Source of the DNA: an uncultured Ignavibacteriales bacterium
GTDB lineage: Bacteria > Zixibacteria > MSB-5A5 > GN15 > FEB-12
Assembly: GCA_964397415.1 (NCBI GenBank)
Contig: CAYNIJ010000001.1
Coordinates: 389,662 to 453,661, forward strand
Reading direction: 5' to 3'
DNA: 64,000 bases
A program made the translations under genes and the position numbers. The notes under the pieces were generated by a model, which was not told the origin of the DNA, made no database searches, and was given only the letters and a program-made list of their open reading frames with translations. Of the stretch, positions 17,309 through 26,404 are shown piece after piece (positions within the stretch are counted from its first letter, which is position 1; the number at the start of each line of letters is the position of its first letter).

Positions 17309-17337
17309 TTGACAGCCGTCTGGTGGTAACGTATCTT
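17309..17337 (+). promoter_or_regulatory. Sigma-70-like promoter candidate for the OMP gene
   Basis: TTGACA (17309-17314), 17-nt spacer, TATCTT (17332-17337), ~85 nt upstream of the ATG at 17421. Confidence 0.35.
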
Positions 17338-17420
17338 TGACGCTCGTTTTTAGTGCCTTCCAGGGCAGCATACTGAACGTGAATTGTATTGATTAGTCAT
17401 ATGTATTCGAGGATGAAGCG

Positions 17421-18077
17421 ATGAAACGATCTCTCTTGGTTCTGGCCCTTGCCTCACTGCTATTGGTCCCTGCCGCGCTGTTCGCACAGGACGAGGCGGA
17501 AGAAGAGAAGGACAATCTTGAACTGAACTTCTATGGTGGCCTGTCAATTCCGACCGGCGGCATCAAGGACTACAGTGACTCTTTGGGCGCCAAGACCGGT
17601 TTGACCGGCGCTATTGATTTTGGCGTCTTTCTGAGTCCGCAGATCACCCTGGGTGTCGGATTCTCCTACGGCCAGTATGATATTGATACTGACAATGAGC
17701 TAATCACGCTCACTCACAAAGTCTATCGTCCGACAGTTTACCTGCGGTACTATCTCCCGAGCAACAGCAACTTGGTGCCATATGCGCACGTGCGCGCTGG
17801 TCTGGATTTCCCGAACCTGGCAACCGAGGTCACCGACAATTCCTCGCTTAAACTGACCGAGCTTGAGTTCGACCCGTCTTTCTCGGCTGGGCTGGGAGCC
17901 GGGATATTCTATTACACTTCCGACTATAGCGGATTTTTCCTGCAGGCCGACTACCACCAGGCATTCGCTTCGGGGTCAAAAGGCGATTTCGGCGGCAATG
18001 AATATGAATTGAAGGATGGCTACGGCACTATCGACCTTCGCGTCGGTATCCACCTGCTGTTCGGCTCCGGCGAGTGA
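17421..18077 (+). CDS. Outer-membrane beta-barrel protein (OmpW/OmpA-like small barrel)
   Basis: Signal peptide MKRSLLVLALASLLLVPAALFAQ. Alternating hydrophobic/aromatic beta-strand pattern; terminal strand IDLRVGIHLLF. Confidence 0.7.
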   Translation: MKRSLLVLALASLLLVPAALFAQDEAEEEKDNLELNFYGGLSIPTGGIKDYSDSLGAKTGLTGAIDFGVFLSPQITLGVGFSYGQYDIDTDNELITLTHKVYRPTVYLRYYLPSNSNLVPYAHVRAGLDFPNLATEVTDNSSLKLTELEFDPSFSAGLGAGIFYYTSDYSGFFLQADYHQAFASGSKGDFGGNEYELKDGYGTIDLRVGIHLLFGSGE

Positions 18078-18103
18078 TCTCACCGACCACCGAACTGAAA
18101 AGA

Positions 18104-18127
18104 CCCGCCGTACGGCGGGTTTTTTTC
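18104..18127 (+). terminator. Rho-independent terminator
   Basis: CCCGCC-GTAC-GGCGGG stem-loop followed by TTTTTTT. Confidence 0.85.
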
Positions 18128-18165
18128 TGGTTGAGAATGTAGTGCGCTGATGGTACCATTACAGT

Positions 18166-19515
18166 ATGAAGCCGACCAGGATACTCGTCGTTGATGATGA
18201 GGCACAGCAACGTGAATTGCTCTCCGGATTTCTGAGCCGCCGCAGTTTCGAGGTTACTACAGCCGCCGGGGGGGAAGAGGCACTCGAGAAGTACGCCGGC
18301 ATTTTTGCTCCTCTGGCGATAATCGACATGAAAATGCCCGGGATGTCCGGGCTTGAATTGCTGGCCAGGCTCAAAGAACTCAATCCATTCATTCAGGTGA
18401 TGGTCCTTACCGCTTTCGGGTCGGTCGAAACGGCGGTCGCGGCAATGCGGGCCGGAGCGTACGACTACCTGACCAAACCGGTTGAGGATCTCGAAGAACT
18501 GCTGGTCAAACTGGAGAAGGCGGCGGCGCAAAACCAGTTGATCGTCGAACACGCCGTCATGAGCGAGAGAATAGCGGAAGCATTTCCGAATTCAGAACTG
18601 ATCGGTGAATCCGCCGCCATTCGCAAAGTCAAGGAACTTGTCACGTTGGTCGCGCCGCGCGATGCTACGGTGCTTATTACTGGAGCATCGGGGACCGGCA
18701 AAGAACTGGTCGCGAGAGAAATACATGCCCTTTCCGGCAGAGCCGAGAAACGGCTAGTCGCCATCAACTGCGCCGCATTCCCCGAAACACTTCTGGAGGC
18801 CGAGCTGTTTGGCTATGAAAAAGGAGCCTTCACCGGTGCGGATAAAGCCAAACAGGGGCGAATGGAATTGGCCGATGGCGGTACGTTATTCCTCGACGAG
18901 ATTGGCGAAATGCCTCTCTCTATGCAGGTGAAACTTCTGCGTGTGCTGGAAGACCGCAAGATCCAGCGCCTTGGGGCGGTCAAAGAGATATCGCTCGACT
19001 TCAGATTGATCGCCGCGACCAACCGCGACCTTGAAGGAATGGTGAAAGAAGGAAAATTCCGCGAAGATCTCTTTTATCGGTTAAACGTGATTCGCGTTAC
19101 CATCCCTCCGTTGCGCGAACGAGGTGGCGATATATTGATTCTTGCGAAAACCTTTCTCCAGCGATCCTCGCGCCGTCTCGGCAAAGAAGTGACAACCTTC
19201 AGCCCCGAAGCCGCAACTATGCTCTCCCGATATGCTTGGCCCGGCAATGTGCGGGAACTTGAGAATATCATCGAGCGCGCGGTGGTTGTAGCATCCGGAA
19301 AGAGTATCTCGTCCGCCGATCTGACCGGACTGACGTCGACTCAGCCAGAGGCGAGTTCAAGCGCTCCGCGTACCTTGGAGGAGGTCGAGCGCGACCATAT
19401 CCTGCGAACACTTGACTCGACCAATTGGAATATTGCCCAGGCGGCCGAACTCCTCGGGGTTCATAGAAATACGCTCCACAACAAAATCAAAGAGTACAAG
19501 CTCGATCGGTCCTAA
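18166..19515 (+). CDS. Sigma-54-dependent two-component response regulator (NtrC/AtoC family)
   Basis: Receiver (VVDDE...IIDMKMPGMSG...KP). AAA+ with Walker A GASGTGKE, GAFTGA loop (EKGAFTGA) and Walker B LFLDEIGE. C-terminal Fis-type HTH (NIAQAAELLGVHRNTLHNKIKEY). Confidence 0.92.
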   Translation: MKPTRILVVDDEAQQRELLSGFLSRRSFEVTTAAGGEEALEKYAGIFAPLAIIDMKMPGMSGLELLARLKELNPFIQVMVLTAFGSVETAVAAMRAGAYDYLTKPVEDLEELLVKLEKAAAQNQLIVEHAVMSERIAEAFPNSELIGESAAIRKVKELVTLVAPRDATVLITGASGTGKELVAREIHALSGRAEKRLVAINCAAFPETLLEAELFGYEKGAFTGADKAKQGRMELADGGTLFLDEIGEMPLSMQVKLLRVLEDRKIQRLGAVKEISLDFRLIAATNRDLEGMVKEGKFREDLFYRLNVIRVTIPPLRERGGDILILAKTFLQRSSRRLGKEVTTFSPEAATMLSRYAWPGNVRELENIIERAVVVASGKSISSADLTGLTSTQPEASSSAPRTLEEVERDHILRTLDSTNWNIAQAAELLGVHRNTLHNKIKEYKLDRS

Positions 19516-19626
19516 GCACAATTATTGGGCCATCCTCTGATTAGTGCACAAAATGTGTGCGCTCTATCGCTGGAATAACTAACCTCCACAAACGTATGCT
19601 ATTGTACAACAGTACATTACGCTGTT

Positions 19627-19642
19627 CGGCATGCCCTTTGAT
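19627..19642 (+). promoter_or_regulatory. Candidate sigma-54 (-24/-12) promoter upstream of the 19681 operon
   Basis: cGGCATgccctTTGAt compared with consensus TGGCAC-N5-TTGC. The GG is present and the spacing is correct, but the -12 reads TGA rather than TGC. Lies ~40 nt upstream of the ATG at 19681, directly downstream of a sigma-54 activator gene. Confidence 0.3.
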
Positions 19643-19680
19643 ATATACTTGGTCAAAGGAAAGGAAATACGGAGTCCCAT

Positions 19681-20553
19681 ATGCGAAAACTGATGCTGAC
19701 ACTCCTTTTGGTCGCCGTCGTCCCGTTCGTGATCGGGGGATGCGATGATGATGATAATCCGACGACCGTGATCTATGAACCAGCCCCTCCGCAAGGGGTC
19801 TATTCGGTCACTGGTGATGGCCAGGTGACGATCTGGTGGAATGGACCGTATGAAAGCAATATCGCCGAATATGTGGTCTATCGTTCACTAAATGAGACCA
19901 CAGGGTTTACTGAGATCGGTTCGGTCGAAGCAGAACCGAACCCGGATCTCGACCTGCTCATCTACAGCTTCGTTGACAACAATGTTGCCAACGGCGTGAC
20001 CTACTTCTACGCGGTGACATCGGTCAATACCGCGGGCTATGAGTCTGAGCTGTCGGCCGAGAATGTGTACGACACACCTCGTCCGGATGGCCAGGGGATG
20101 GTCCTTTTCCCGATAGAGATCGACACCAGTCTGGCCGGATTCAGCTTTGCGGCGCAGGCTCGCGTATCGATGAACAATCCGCTCGCTGATATCGTCGTGG
20201 ATCGACCGGGAAGCATCAGCTATCTCAACGCCGCGAATGACCAGACGGATATCCAGGATATGGGGTATACCGACAGCTTTGACGACATCACCTACGCGCC
20301 GCAGAATGGCTGGTCGCAGCTTGGATATGTCGAAGCGATCGTCGGCCATACCTATGTGGTCTGGACCGCGGATGACAACTACGCCAAGGTTCGTATCACC
20401 GCCATTGCCGGCAACGGCGCGGTGACTTTTGACTGGGGTTATCAGACCGATACTGGCAATCCTGAATTGATCGCACCGCTAAACGCAAAACGTCCGGTGC
20501 ATAACGCAAACTACCTCAAGAAGCAGTCAATCTCGACTCGCAGCTCTGAATAA
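19681..20553 (+). CDS. Lipoprotein with a fibronectin type III-like domain and a second beta-rich domain, function unknown
   Basis: Lipobox VIGGC. FN3-like segment (VTIWWNGP...YVVYRS...TYFYAVTSVNTAGYES). Confidence 0.7.
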   Translation: MRKLMLTLLLVAVVPFVIGGCDDDDNPTTVIYEPAPPQGVYSVTGDGQVTIWWNGPYESNIAEYVVYRSLNETTGFTEIGSVEAEPNPDLDLLIYSFVDNNVANGVTYFYAVTSVNTAGYESELSAENVYDTPRPDGQGMVLFPIEIDTSLAGFSFAAQARVSMNNPLADIVVDRPGSISYLNAANDQTDIQDMGYTDSFDDITYAPQNGWSQLGYVEAIVGHTYVVWTADDNYAKVRITAIAGNGAVTFDWGYQTDTGNPELIAPLNAKRPVHNANYLKKQSISTRSSE

Positions 20554-20555
20554 GG

Positions 20556-22220
20556 ATGGTGTTTATGTGGCGAAAGGGTTTGACAATACTGACCGTCGCG
20601 CTGGCGATGCTGATGACCGGGGGCACTCTCCTGGCTCAGGACCAGATCCAGCGTGACCGCTCCGACGACCGGAATGACGATTACTACGAGTCGGACCGCA
20701 ATGATCGCGGCAACGATGATGGTCGCTATGAATCGGGATATGTCCGGGTAGACCGGTATCTCGATGCCGATATCTGGGTGAACCGGAGCGACAACGAATA
20801 CTTCATCGGCGATAACATCAAAATGCACTATCGTCTGAACCAGGACGCGTACGTGGCGGTGGTTTCCATTGATTCGCGCGGCCGGGTGAACCTGATCTAT
20901 CCGTCGCAGCCAGGGGACAACCCATGGCGGCGTGGCGGCGTGACCTACACGTTGCCGGGCGCGGATGATGATTTTGATCTGGTGGTCGATGGACCGACTG
21001 GTTCTGAGACCATTCAGATCATCGCGTCGCGCGAACGTTTCCCTATCCCGGACTGGTTCAATGGCTCGGGGATCCGTTGCGACGATGGCGAGGACCGCGA
21101 TGAGTTCATGGATTACCTCGTGAGCCGCTACTTCGACCGGTATCCGGATCAGCGCTTTGCGGTGGATCGGGAAGTGATCTATGTGAATGAATGGGAGCAG
21201 GACTATTTCCGCCCCGTCTATTACCCGACGTATCCGAGCTGGTCGGTTTGCGGCAATCTCTATTTCGACTATCCATGGGGCGCCAGCATTTATATCGATG
21301 GTATCTACTGGGGTTGCGCGCCGCTGTATATCCCGCGCGTCCTGGTCGGATGGCGCACCATTACGGTCTATGACCGCTACGGCTATTGCTGGGAAGACTA
21401 CGTGCATGTCAGCCACTATAACACGATAGTGCTGAACCAGACCGTAATCCGCCCGCGAGCCGGATTCCATTCCAAGTATAAAGAGGTCCGCGTGGTTGGC
21501 TACCGCGACCCCGTCAAGGCCGGCTATAAAAACTACACTGAAGTAGTGGCAAAGCACAGCCGTGGCGGTAACCAGACGACTGTGAGCCCGAAGAATGGCG
21601 TGACTCGCTCCAAGTCGAGCGAAAACGATGCGTCGAATTTCGCGGCTCTTCCCAAGAAGCATCTGCGCGGAAGTGGCGCGGTTGTTAAGACTGATCGCGG
21701 CTACGAATCATCGGCCATTGGCAGTTCAGCAGAACGTCGCAAGAGTGAGCGCGCGACGAGCACCTCACGCTTTGACGGCGATAAGAGCAATGTGGATCGT
21801 GGGAGTTATCGTTCCGGTAGCGGCTCCAGTTCCAGCAATGACCGTGGGAGCAGTGGTACCGCGACCAAGCGGAGTTCCTCGGGGAAATCTGGCAGCAGCG
21901 GCTCGACCGTTGACAAACAGAGAACCAAGGAGTCCGGCTCAAGCGGGTCATCCGACTACTACCGCAAGAAAAGCGGGTCGGTAGATAACCGCAAAGAAGG
22001 TGACCGGAAGTCCAAGGGTGAGGCCACCAAGGTCGAGCAGCAGCGCCAGGAACGCCGTGAGAGCGATAATCGCGGTGGTGAGCAGCGAAGCGGCGGAGAC
22101 CGCAGCAGCGGCGAAGTGAAGCAGAAGTCATCCAGCTCGAACAACTCGGGCGGCGGCTCCAAGTCTTCGACTCCGCGCTCGAGCAGCGGTAACCGTGAAT
22201 CCGGCAAGGGGAAGAAGTAG
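20556..22220 (+). CDS. Secreted DUF4384-like plus PEGA-like domain protein with a ~190-aa Ser/Gly/Arg/Lys-rich disordered tail
   Basis: Signal peptide. DUF4384-like segment (YFIGDNIKMHYRLNQDAYVAVVSIDSRGRVNLIYP...IQIIAS). PEGA-like segment (ASIYIDGIYWGCAPLYIPRVLVGWRTITV). C-terminal low-complexity region. Confidence 0.75.
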   Translation: MVFMWRKGLTILTVALAMLMTGGTLLAQDQIQRDRSDDRNDDYYESDRNDRGNDDGRYESGYVRVDRYLDADIWVNRSDNEYFIGDNIKMHYRLNQDAYVAVVSIDSRGRVNLIYPSQPGDNPWRRGGVTYTLPGADDDFDLVVDGPTGSETIQIIASRERFPIPDWFNGSGIRCDDGEDRDEFMDYLVSRYFDRYPDQRFAVDREVIYVNEWEQDYFRPVYYPTYPSWSVCGNLYFDYPWGASIYIDGIYWGCAPLYIPRVLVGWRTITVYDRYGYCWEDYVHVSHYNTIVLNQTVIRPRAGFHSKYKEVRVVGYRDPVKAGYKNYTEVVAKHSRGGNQTTVSPKNGVTRSKSSENDASNFAALPKKHLRGSGAVVKTDRGYESSAIGSSAERRKSERATSTSRFDGDKSNVDRGSYRSGSGSSSSNDRGSSGTATKRSSSGKSGSSGSTVDKQRTKESGSSGSSDYYRKKSGSVDNRKEGDRKSKGEATKVEQQRQERRESDNRGGEQRSGGDRSSGEVKQKSSSSNNSGGGSKSSTPRSSSGNRESGKGKK

Positions 22221-22275
22221 GATTGTTGTTGCTTCGCCGGACAGGTAGTCCGATCCTTACAAAGGTTGTGACGTC

Positions 22276-22566
22276 ATGAAGAAACTGATTCCATACATAC
22301 TGAGCCTGACACTCCTGGTAACAGGAGTGTCGGCCGCGTTTGCGGTCGAGAAAAAGCAGAAATCGACTTCACCTCCCAAACCGACTCAACAGGCGACAAA
22401 AGATAGCTCAGCAAAGCCTGTCGAGAAGAAGCCGGAAGTGAAACCGACCCAGAAACCGGCAGACACCAAAGCGAAAACAGACAAGAAGTACGACAACTTC
22501 GTTGACAAGAATAACAACGGGGTCGATGACCGCCGGGAGAATCTGAAGAAAAAAGACAGCAAGTAG
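22276..22566 (+). CDS. Small secreted Lys/Pro/Thr-rich protein
   Basis: Signal peptide MKKLIPYILSLTLLVTGVSAAFA, then a KP(T/E)-rich low-complexity stretch and the C-terminal motif FVDKNNNGVDDRRE. Confidence 0.6.
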   Translation: MKKLIPYILSLTLLVTGVSAAFAVEKKQKSTSPPKPTQQATKDSSAKPVEKKPEVKPTQKPADTKAKTDKKYDNFVDKNNNGVDDRRENLKKKDSK

Positions 22567-22590
22567 CCTGAGCATTGCATATCGACCAAC

Positions 22591-22623
22591 GGCTGTTGTC
22601 TACCGTGACAACAGCCTTTTTTC
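22591..22623 (+). terminator. Rho-independent terminator
   Basis: GGCTGTTGTC-TACCGT-GACAACAGCC perfect 10-bp stem followed by TTTTTTT. Confidence 0.9.
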
Positions 22624-22660
22624 ATGGGCGCAGTCGCGGGGCGGATATGAACCAATTTGC

Positions 22661-22689
22661 TTGACTGCCGTTATAAGAAGTCGTAAATT
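22661..22689 (+). promoter_or_regulatory. Sigma-70-like promoter candidate of the hrcA operon
   Basis: TTGACT (22661-22666), 17-nt spacer, TAAATT (22684-22689). The CIRCE-like element starts 2 nt downstream, the usual arrangement. Confidence 0.45.
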
Positions 22690-22690
22690 G

Positions 22691-22717
22691 TTAGCACTCT
22701 GTCAGATAGGCTGCCAA
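22691..22717 (+). promoter_or_regulatory. Degenerate CIRCE operator (HrcA binding site)
   Basis: TTAGCACTC-N9-GGCTGCCAA compared with consensus TTAGCACTC-N9-GAGTGCTAA. The left arm is perfect and the right arm matches 6/9. Immediately upstream of hrcA. Confidence 0.55.
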
Positions 22718-22752
22718 AATGGCAGTCCGATTCGCAAGTCCTTGAGGAGTAT

Positions 22753-23808
22753 ATGGCATCGGGTTTTGAAAATCTCACCGACCGTGAGAAACAGATCCTC
22801 TTCAACTTGATCAATTACTACATCCAGTCGGCCGACCCGGTTGGATCGCGCGTCATTGCCAACAAGTTCAAGATGGGGCTTTCTTCCGCGACTATCCGAA
22901 ATACGCTCCAGGATCTCGAAGAGCTTGGCCTGGTCGAACAGCCACATACCTCTGCCGGCAGAATTCCCACAGATACCGGTTATCGAGTCTATGTCGATTA
23001 CCTTCTTAAACCCGACCGGTTGACCAAGACCGAGGAGCAGATGATCCGCGGAGCCATTCTAAAAGAGGGCCGCGGCATCAATGAAATACTTGGCCAGACC
23101 GCTCGCGTTCTTGGCGAGATCACCCAGCAGCTCGGAGTCACTGTTGCCCCACGTTTTGAAGAAGGAGTCCTTCGGTCAGTCCGACTGATTCCCGTCGCCG
23201 ATGGCAAGGTAATGGTCGTCGTTATCCTTGGCTCAGGATTGGCCCGTTCGGTCATCCTTGAGATCGAAGCCAGCCTGGCTGATCGTGCGCTCATAGAAGT
23301 AGAAGCGCTTTTGAATGAGCGTCTCTCTGGGTTGACCTTGGCCACTATTCGCGACACGATCTCAAAGCGCATGGCTGATGTCTCCGGACATGGAAGACTG
23401 ATCAACCTGGTGATCGATTCCAAAGAGAAGATCTGGACCGAGGATCGTCGCCCTGAAGATCTGCACATAGCCGGCGCCGGAAGTCTTCTTGAGAAACCGG
23501 AGTTCTCCGACCGGGATCGACTCTCCAAGCTGATACGCCTGCTGGAAGATGGAAAGATCTTGTCGGAATTCCTGATGCAGGCACACGACGAAGGATTGTT
23601 CATCACTATCGGCCGCGAAAACCGGATCCGCGAGATCATCAACTGTTCGGTTGTCTCGTCAACGTACAAAGTGGGGAATATCACCGGCGCAATCGGCGTG
23701 ATCGGCCCGACCCGCATGCCGTACAGCAAGCTAGTATCCGTAGTTGAGTACACGGCGCGCTCAATCACCGAGGTACTCGCGGGGATCGATGAGAGGAAAG
23801 GTGCATAA
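22753..23808 (+). CDS. hrcA: Heat-inducible transcriptional repressor HrcA
   Basis: N-terminal wHTH (LTDREKQILFNLINYYIQSADPVGSRVIA) and typical HrcA C-terminal region (GAIGVIGPTRMPYSKLVSVVEY). Confidence 0.95.
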   Translation: MASGFENLTDREKQILFNLINYYIQSADPVGSRVIANKFKMGLSSATIRNTLQDLEELGLVEQPHTSAGRIPTDTGYRVYVDYLLKPDRLTKTEEQMIRGAILKEGRGINEILGQTARVLGEITQQLGVTVAPRFEEGVLRSVRLIPVADGKVMVVVILGSGLARSVILEIEASLADRALIEVEALLNERLSGLTLATIRDTISKRMADVSGHGRLINLVIDSKEKIWTEDRRPEDLHIAGAGSLLEKPEFSDRDRLSKLIRLLEDGKILSEFLMQAHDEGLFITIGRENRIREIINCSVVSSTYKVGNITGAIGVIGPTRMPYSKLVSVVEYTARSITEVLAGIDERKGA

Positions 23809-23812
23809 CGAT

Positions 23813-24427
23813 ATGGCAGAAGAAAAAGACACAGACCTGACAGACGACTTCTCATCCGAAGCGGAACACACGCCCAAGCAGCGTGTTCTGGGAGACCCCG
23901 CCGAAATGGTCGAAAAGGGTGAGGATTTCTCCAGTGAATCCGAGCATGTCGATGAGACCGCCCCTTCGAATGAAACTCCCGAAGAGCTGAAGGCAAAGAT
24001 CACGGATCTCGAAGACCGGATGCTTCGTAACGCCGCCGAGTTCGACAACTACCGCAAACGGATGGCTCGTCAACAGGATGAACTGGTCCGTGCGGCCAAC
24101 GACCGCATCTTCGCCGAATTACTGGAGATCGTGGATAATTTCGAACGGGCGCTTCAACACGCCAAAGAAGACACGTCCGCTCAGGCGATCCTGACCGGCA
24201 CAGAGATGATTTACGGCCAGTTGACCAATCTCCTGGCCAAGCACGGCATCACTCCCATCGATGCCCTCGGCAAACCGTTCGACCCGCAATATCACGAAGC
24301 GATGATGCAGACGACCTCGGATAAGTATCCGGACGGCACGGTGGCGTTGGAGATGGGGAAAGGGTACCAACAGGGGAATCGCGTTCTCCGGCATAGCAAG
24401 GTCGGGGTAAGTAAAGGGAAAGGGTGA
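23813..24427 (+). CDS. grpE: Nucleotide exchange factor GrpE
   Basis: Start taken at MAEEKD, 5 nt after the hrcA stop (the tracked ORF starts earlier, at 23744). GrpE motifs RNAAEFDNYRKR, DNFERAL, FDPQYHEAM. Confidence 0.9.
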   Translation: MAEEKDTDLTDDFSSEAEHTPKQRVLGDPAEMVEKGEDFSSESEHVDETAPSNETPEELKAKITDLEDRMLRNAAEFDNYRKRMARQQDELVRAANDRIFAELLEIVDNFERALQHAKEDTSAQAILTGTEMIYGQLTNLLAKHGITPIDALGKPFDPQYHEAMMQTTSDKYPDGTVALEMGKGYQQGNRVLRHSKVGVSKGKG

Positions 24428-24481
24428 GCCGTGATCCGGCTGACCACCAAATTCGTCAAGTTGTCCAAATAGGAGTATACA

Positions 24482-26404
24482 ATGGCTAAGATCATTGGTA
24501 TCGATCTCGGTACCACCAACTCATGCGTGGCGGTTCTCGAAGGGAAAGACCCGGTGGTGATCCCTAATCTCGAGGGATCCCGGACCACGCCATCGGTGGT
24601 CGCGTTTGCGAAAGATGGCGAGCGCCTCGTCGGCGCCGCGGCCAAACGTCAGGCGGTGACCAATTCCGAAAACACGGTCTTCTCGATCAAGCGCTTCATG
24701 GGGCGCCGACACAGCGAGGTCAGCACCGAGGAAAAACTGGTTCCGTACAAGATCGCCGAGGATTCCTCGGGCAATGTGCTGGTTGATGTTCAGGGCAAGA
24801 AGCTGACCCCGCCTGAAGTGTCGGCTATGATCCTCCAGTATCTCAAGAAATGCGCGGAAAATTATCTTGGCGAGGAAGTCAAACAGGCCGTCATAACTGT
24901 CCCCGCTTATTTCAACGATTCACAGCGCCAAGCAACCAAGGACGCGGGCCGCATCGCCGGTCTCGAGGTTCTGCGTATCATCAACGAACCGACTGCGGCA
25001 TCGCTGGCGTATGGTCTGGACAAAAAGAAGAATGAGAAGATCGCGGTTTACGACCTTGGCGGTGGCACGTTTGATATCTCCATCCTGGAGATCGGCGATG
25101 GCGTATTCGAGGTTCGTTCGACCAATGGCGACACGCATCTCGGCGGGGACGATTTCGACCAGGTGATAATCGACTGGATGGCAGAGGAGTTCCTAAAGAG
25201 CAACGGTATCGACCTGCGCAAGGACAGGATGGCCCTGCAGCGTCTCAAAGAGGCCGCGGAGAAAGCGAAGATCGAGCTTTCTTCTACCATGCAGACCAAT
25301 ATCAATCTGCCGTTCATCACGGCGGATCAGTCCGGTCCCAAGCACCTTGATCTGATGCTGACTCGCGCTAAGCTTGAGCAGTTGGCGGATGGCCTGGTGC
25401 AACGGACTATCGGTCCCTGTAAGTCTGCGATTGCGGACGCGAAGCTGTCTATCAACGAGATCGATGAAGTTGTTTTGGTCGGCGGCATGACCCGCATGCC
25501 CAAGATCATCGACACTGTTCGCCAATTGTTCGGACGTGAGCCGCACAAAGGAGTCAATCCTGACGAAGTAGTGGCGGTCGGCGCGGCTATTCAAGGTGGC
25601 GTCCTGTCCGGCGATATGAAAGATATCGTCCTGCTGGACGTGACCCCGTTGTCGCTCGGTATTGAGACGCTCGGCGGCGTGATGACGTCGCTGATTGAAC
25701 GGAACACGACGATTCCGACCAAGAAGTCACAGATATTCTCGACCGCGTCGGACAATCAGCCCGCGGTGTCAATTGTCGTCCTCCAGGGGGAGCGAAAGAT
25801 GGCCGTTGACAACCGACTGCTCGGCAAATTCGACCTGGTCGGCCTCCCGCCGGCGCCGCGAGGGATTCCGCAGATCGAAGTGACCTTCAATATCGACGCC
25901 AATGGCATCGTGCATGTGAGTGCCAAGGATATGGCGACCGGCAAAGAGCAGTCGATCCGCATTGAGGCATCATCCGGCCTATCTGAGGCGGAGATCAAAC
26001 GAATGGTCAATGACGCTCAGACATTCTCCGAAGAGGACAAAAAGAAGAGCGACCTGATCCAGGCGCGTAACGAGGCCGATGCCCTCATCTACAGTACGGA
26101 AAAGACTGTCCGTGAACACGGCGATAAAGTCAGCACAGACGAAAAGAAAAACATCGAGGATGCTGTTACCGCGCTGCGCACGGCAATGGGCGGCGAAGAT
26201 CTTGCGGCCATAAGTTCCGCGAAGGAACGACTAATGCAAGCCTCGCACAAACTGGCCGAAGAGATGTACAAATCCGCGCAGCAGCAGGCACAGGGCGCAG
26301 GACCGTCCCCATCCCCCGAACAACCCGGTGAGGCCGGCGGCAAGAAGGATGGCGCTGTCGATGCGGACTTCGAGGTTGTCGACGAGGATAAAAACAAGAA
26401 CTGA
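24482..26404 (+). CDS. dnaK: Molecular chaperone DnaK (Hsp70)
   Basis: [22 protein letters not shown] and [10 protein letters not shown]; full-length Hsp70. Confidence 0.98.
   Translation: MAKIIGIDLGTTNSCVAVLEGKDPVVIPNLEGSRTTPSVVAFAKDGERLVGAAAKRQAVTNSENTVFSIKRFMGRRHSEVSTEEKLVPYKIAEDSSGNVLVDVQGKKLTPPEVSAMILQYLKKCAENYLGEEVKQAVITVPAYFNDSQRQATKDAGRIAGLEVLRIINEPTAASLAYGLDKKKNEKIAVYDLGGGTFDISILEIGDGVFEVRSTNGDTHLGGDDFDQVIIDWMAEEFLKSNGIDLRKDRMALQRLKEAAEKAKIELSSTMQTNINLPFITADQSGPKHLDLMLTRAKLEQLADGLVQRTIGPCKSAIADAKLSINEIDEVVLVGGMTRMPKIIDTVRQLFGREPHKGVNPDEVVAVGAAIQGGVLSGDMKDIVLLDVTPLSLGIETLGGVMTSLIERNTTIPTKKSQIFSTASDNQPAVSIVVLQGERKMAVDNRLLGKFDLVGLPPAPRGIPQIEVTFNIDANGIVHVSAKDMATGKEQSIRIEASSGLSEAEIKRMVNDAQTFSEEDKKKSDLIQARNEADALIYSTEKTVREHGDKVSTDEKKNIEDAVTALRTAMGGEDLAAISSAKERLMQASHKLAEEMYKSAQQQAQGAGPSPSPEQPGEAGGKKDGAVDADFEVVDEDKNKN

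Noticed and set aside
20511-21662. 383-aa ORF on the minus strand
   Set aside because: It is entirely antisense to the 20556-22220 gene, which has a signal peptide and recognisable DUF4384/PEGA-like segments. The antisense product is Arg/Ala/His/Val-rich with no motifs, as expected for the complementary frame of a compositionally biased gene.
22998-23996. 332-aa ORF on the minus strand
   Set aside because: Antisense to hrcA/grpE, both unambiguous. It is Arg/Ser/Pro-rich, typical of spurious frames in GC-rich coding DNA.
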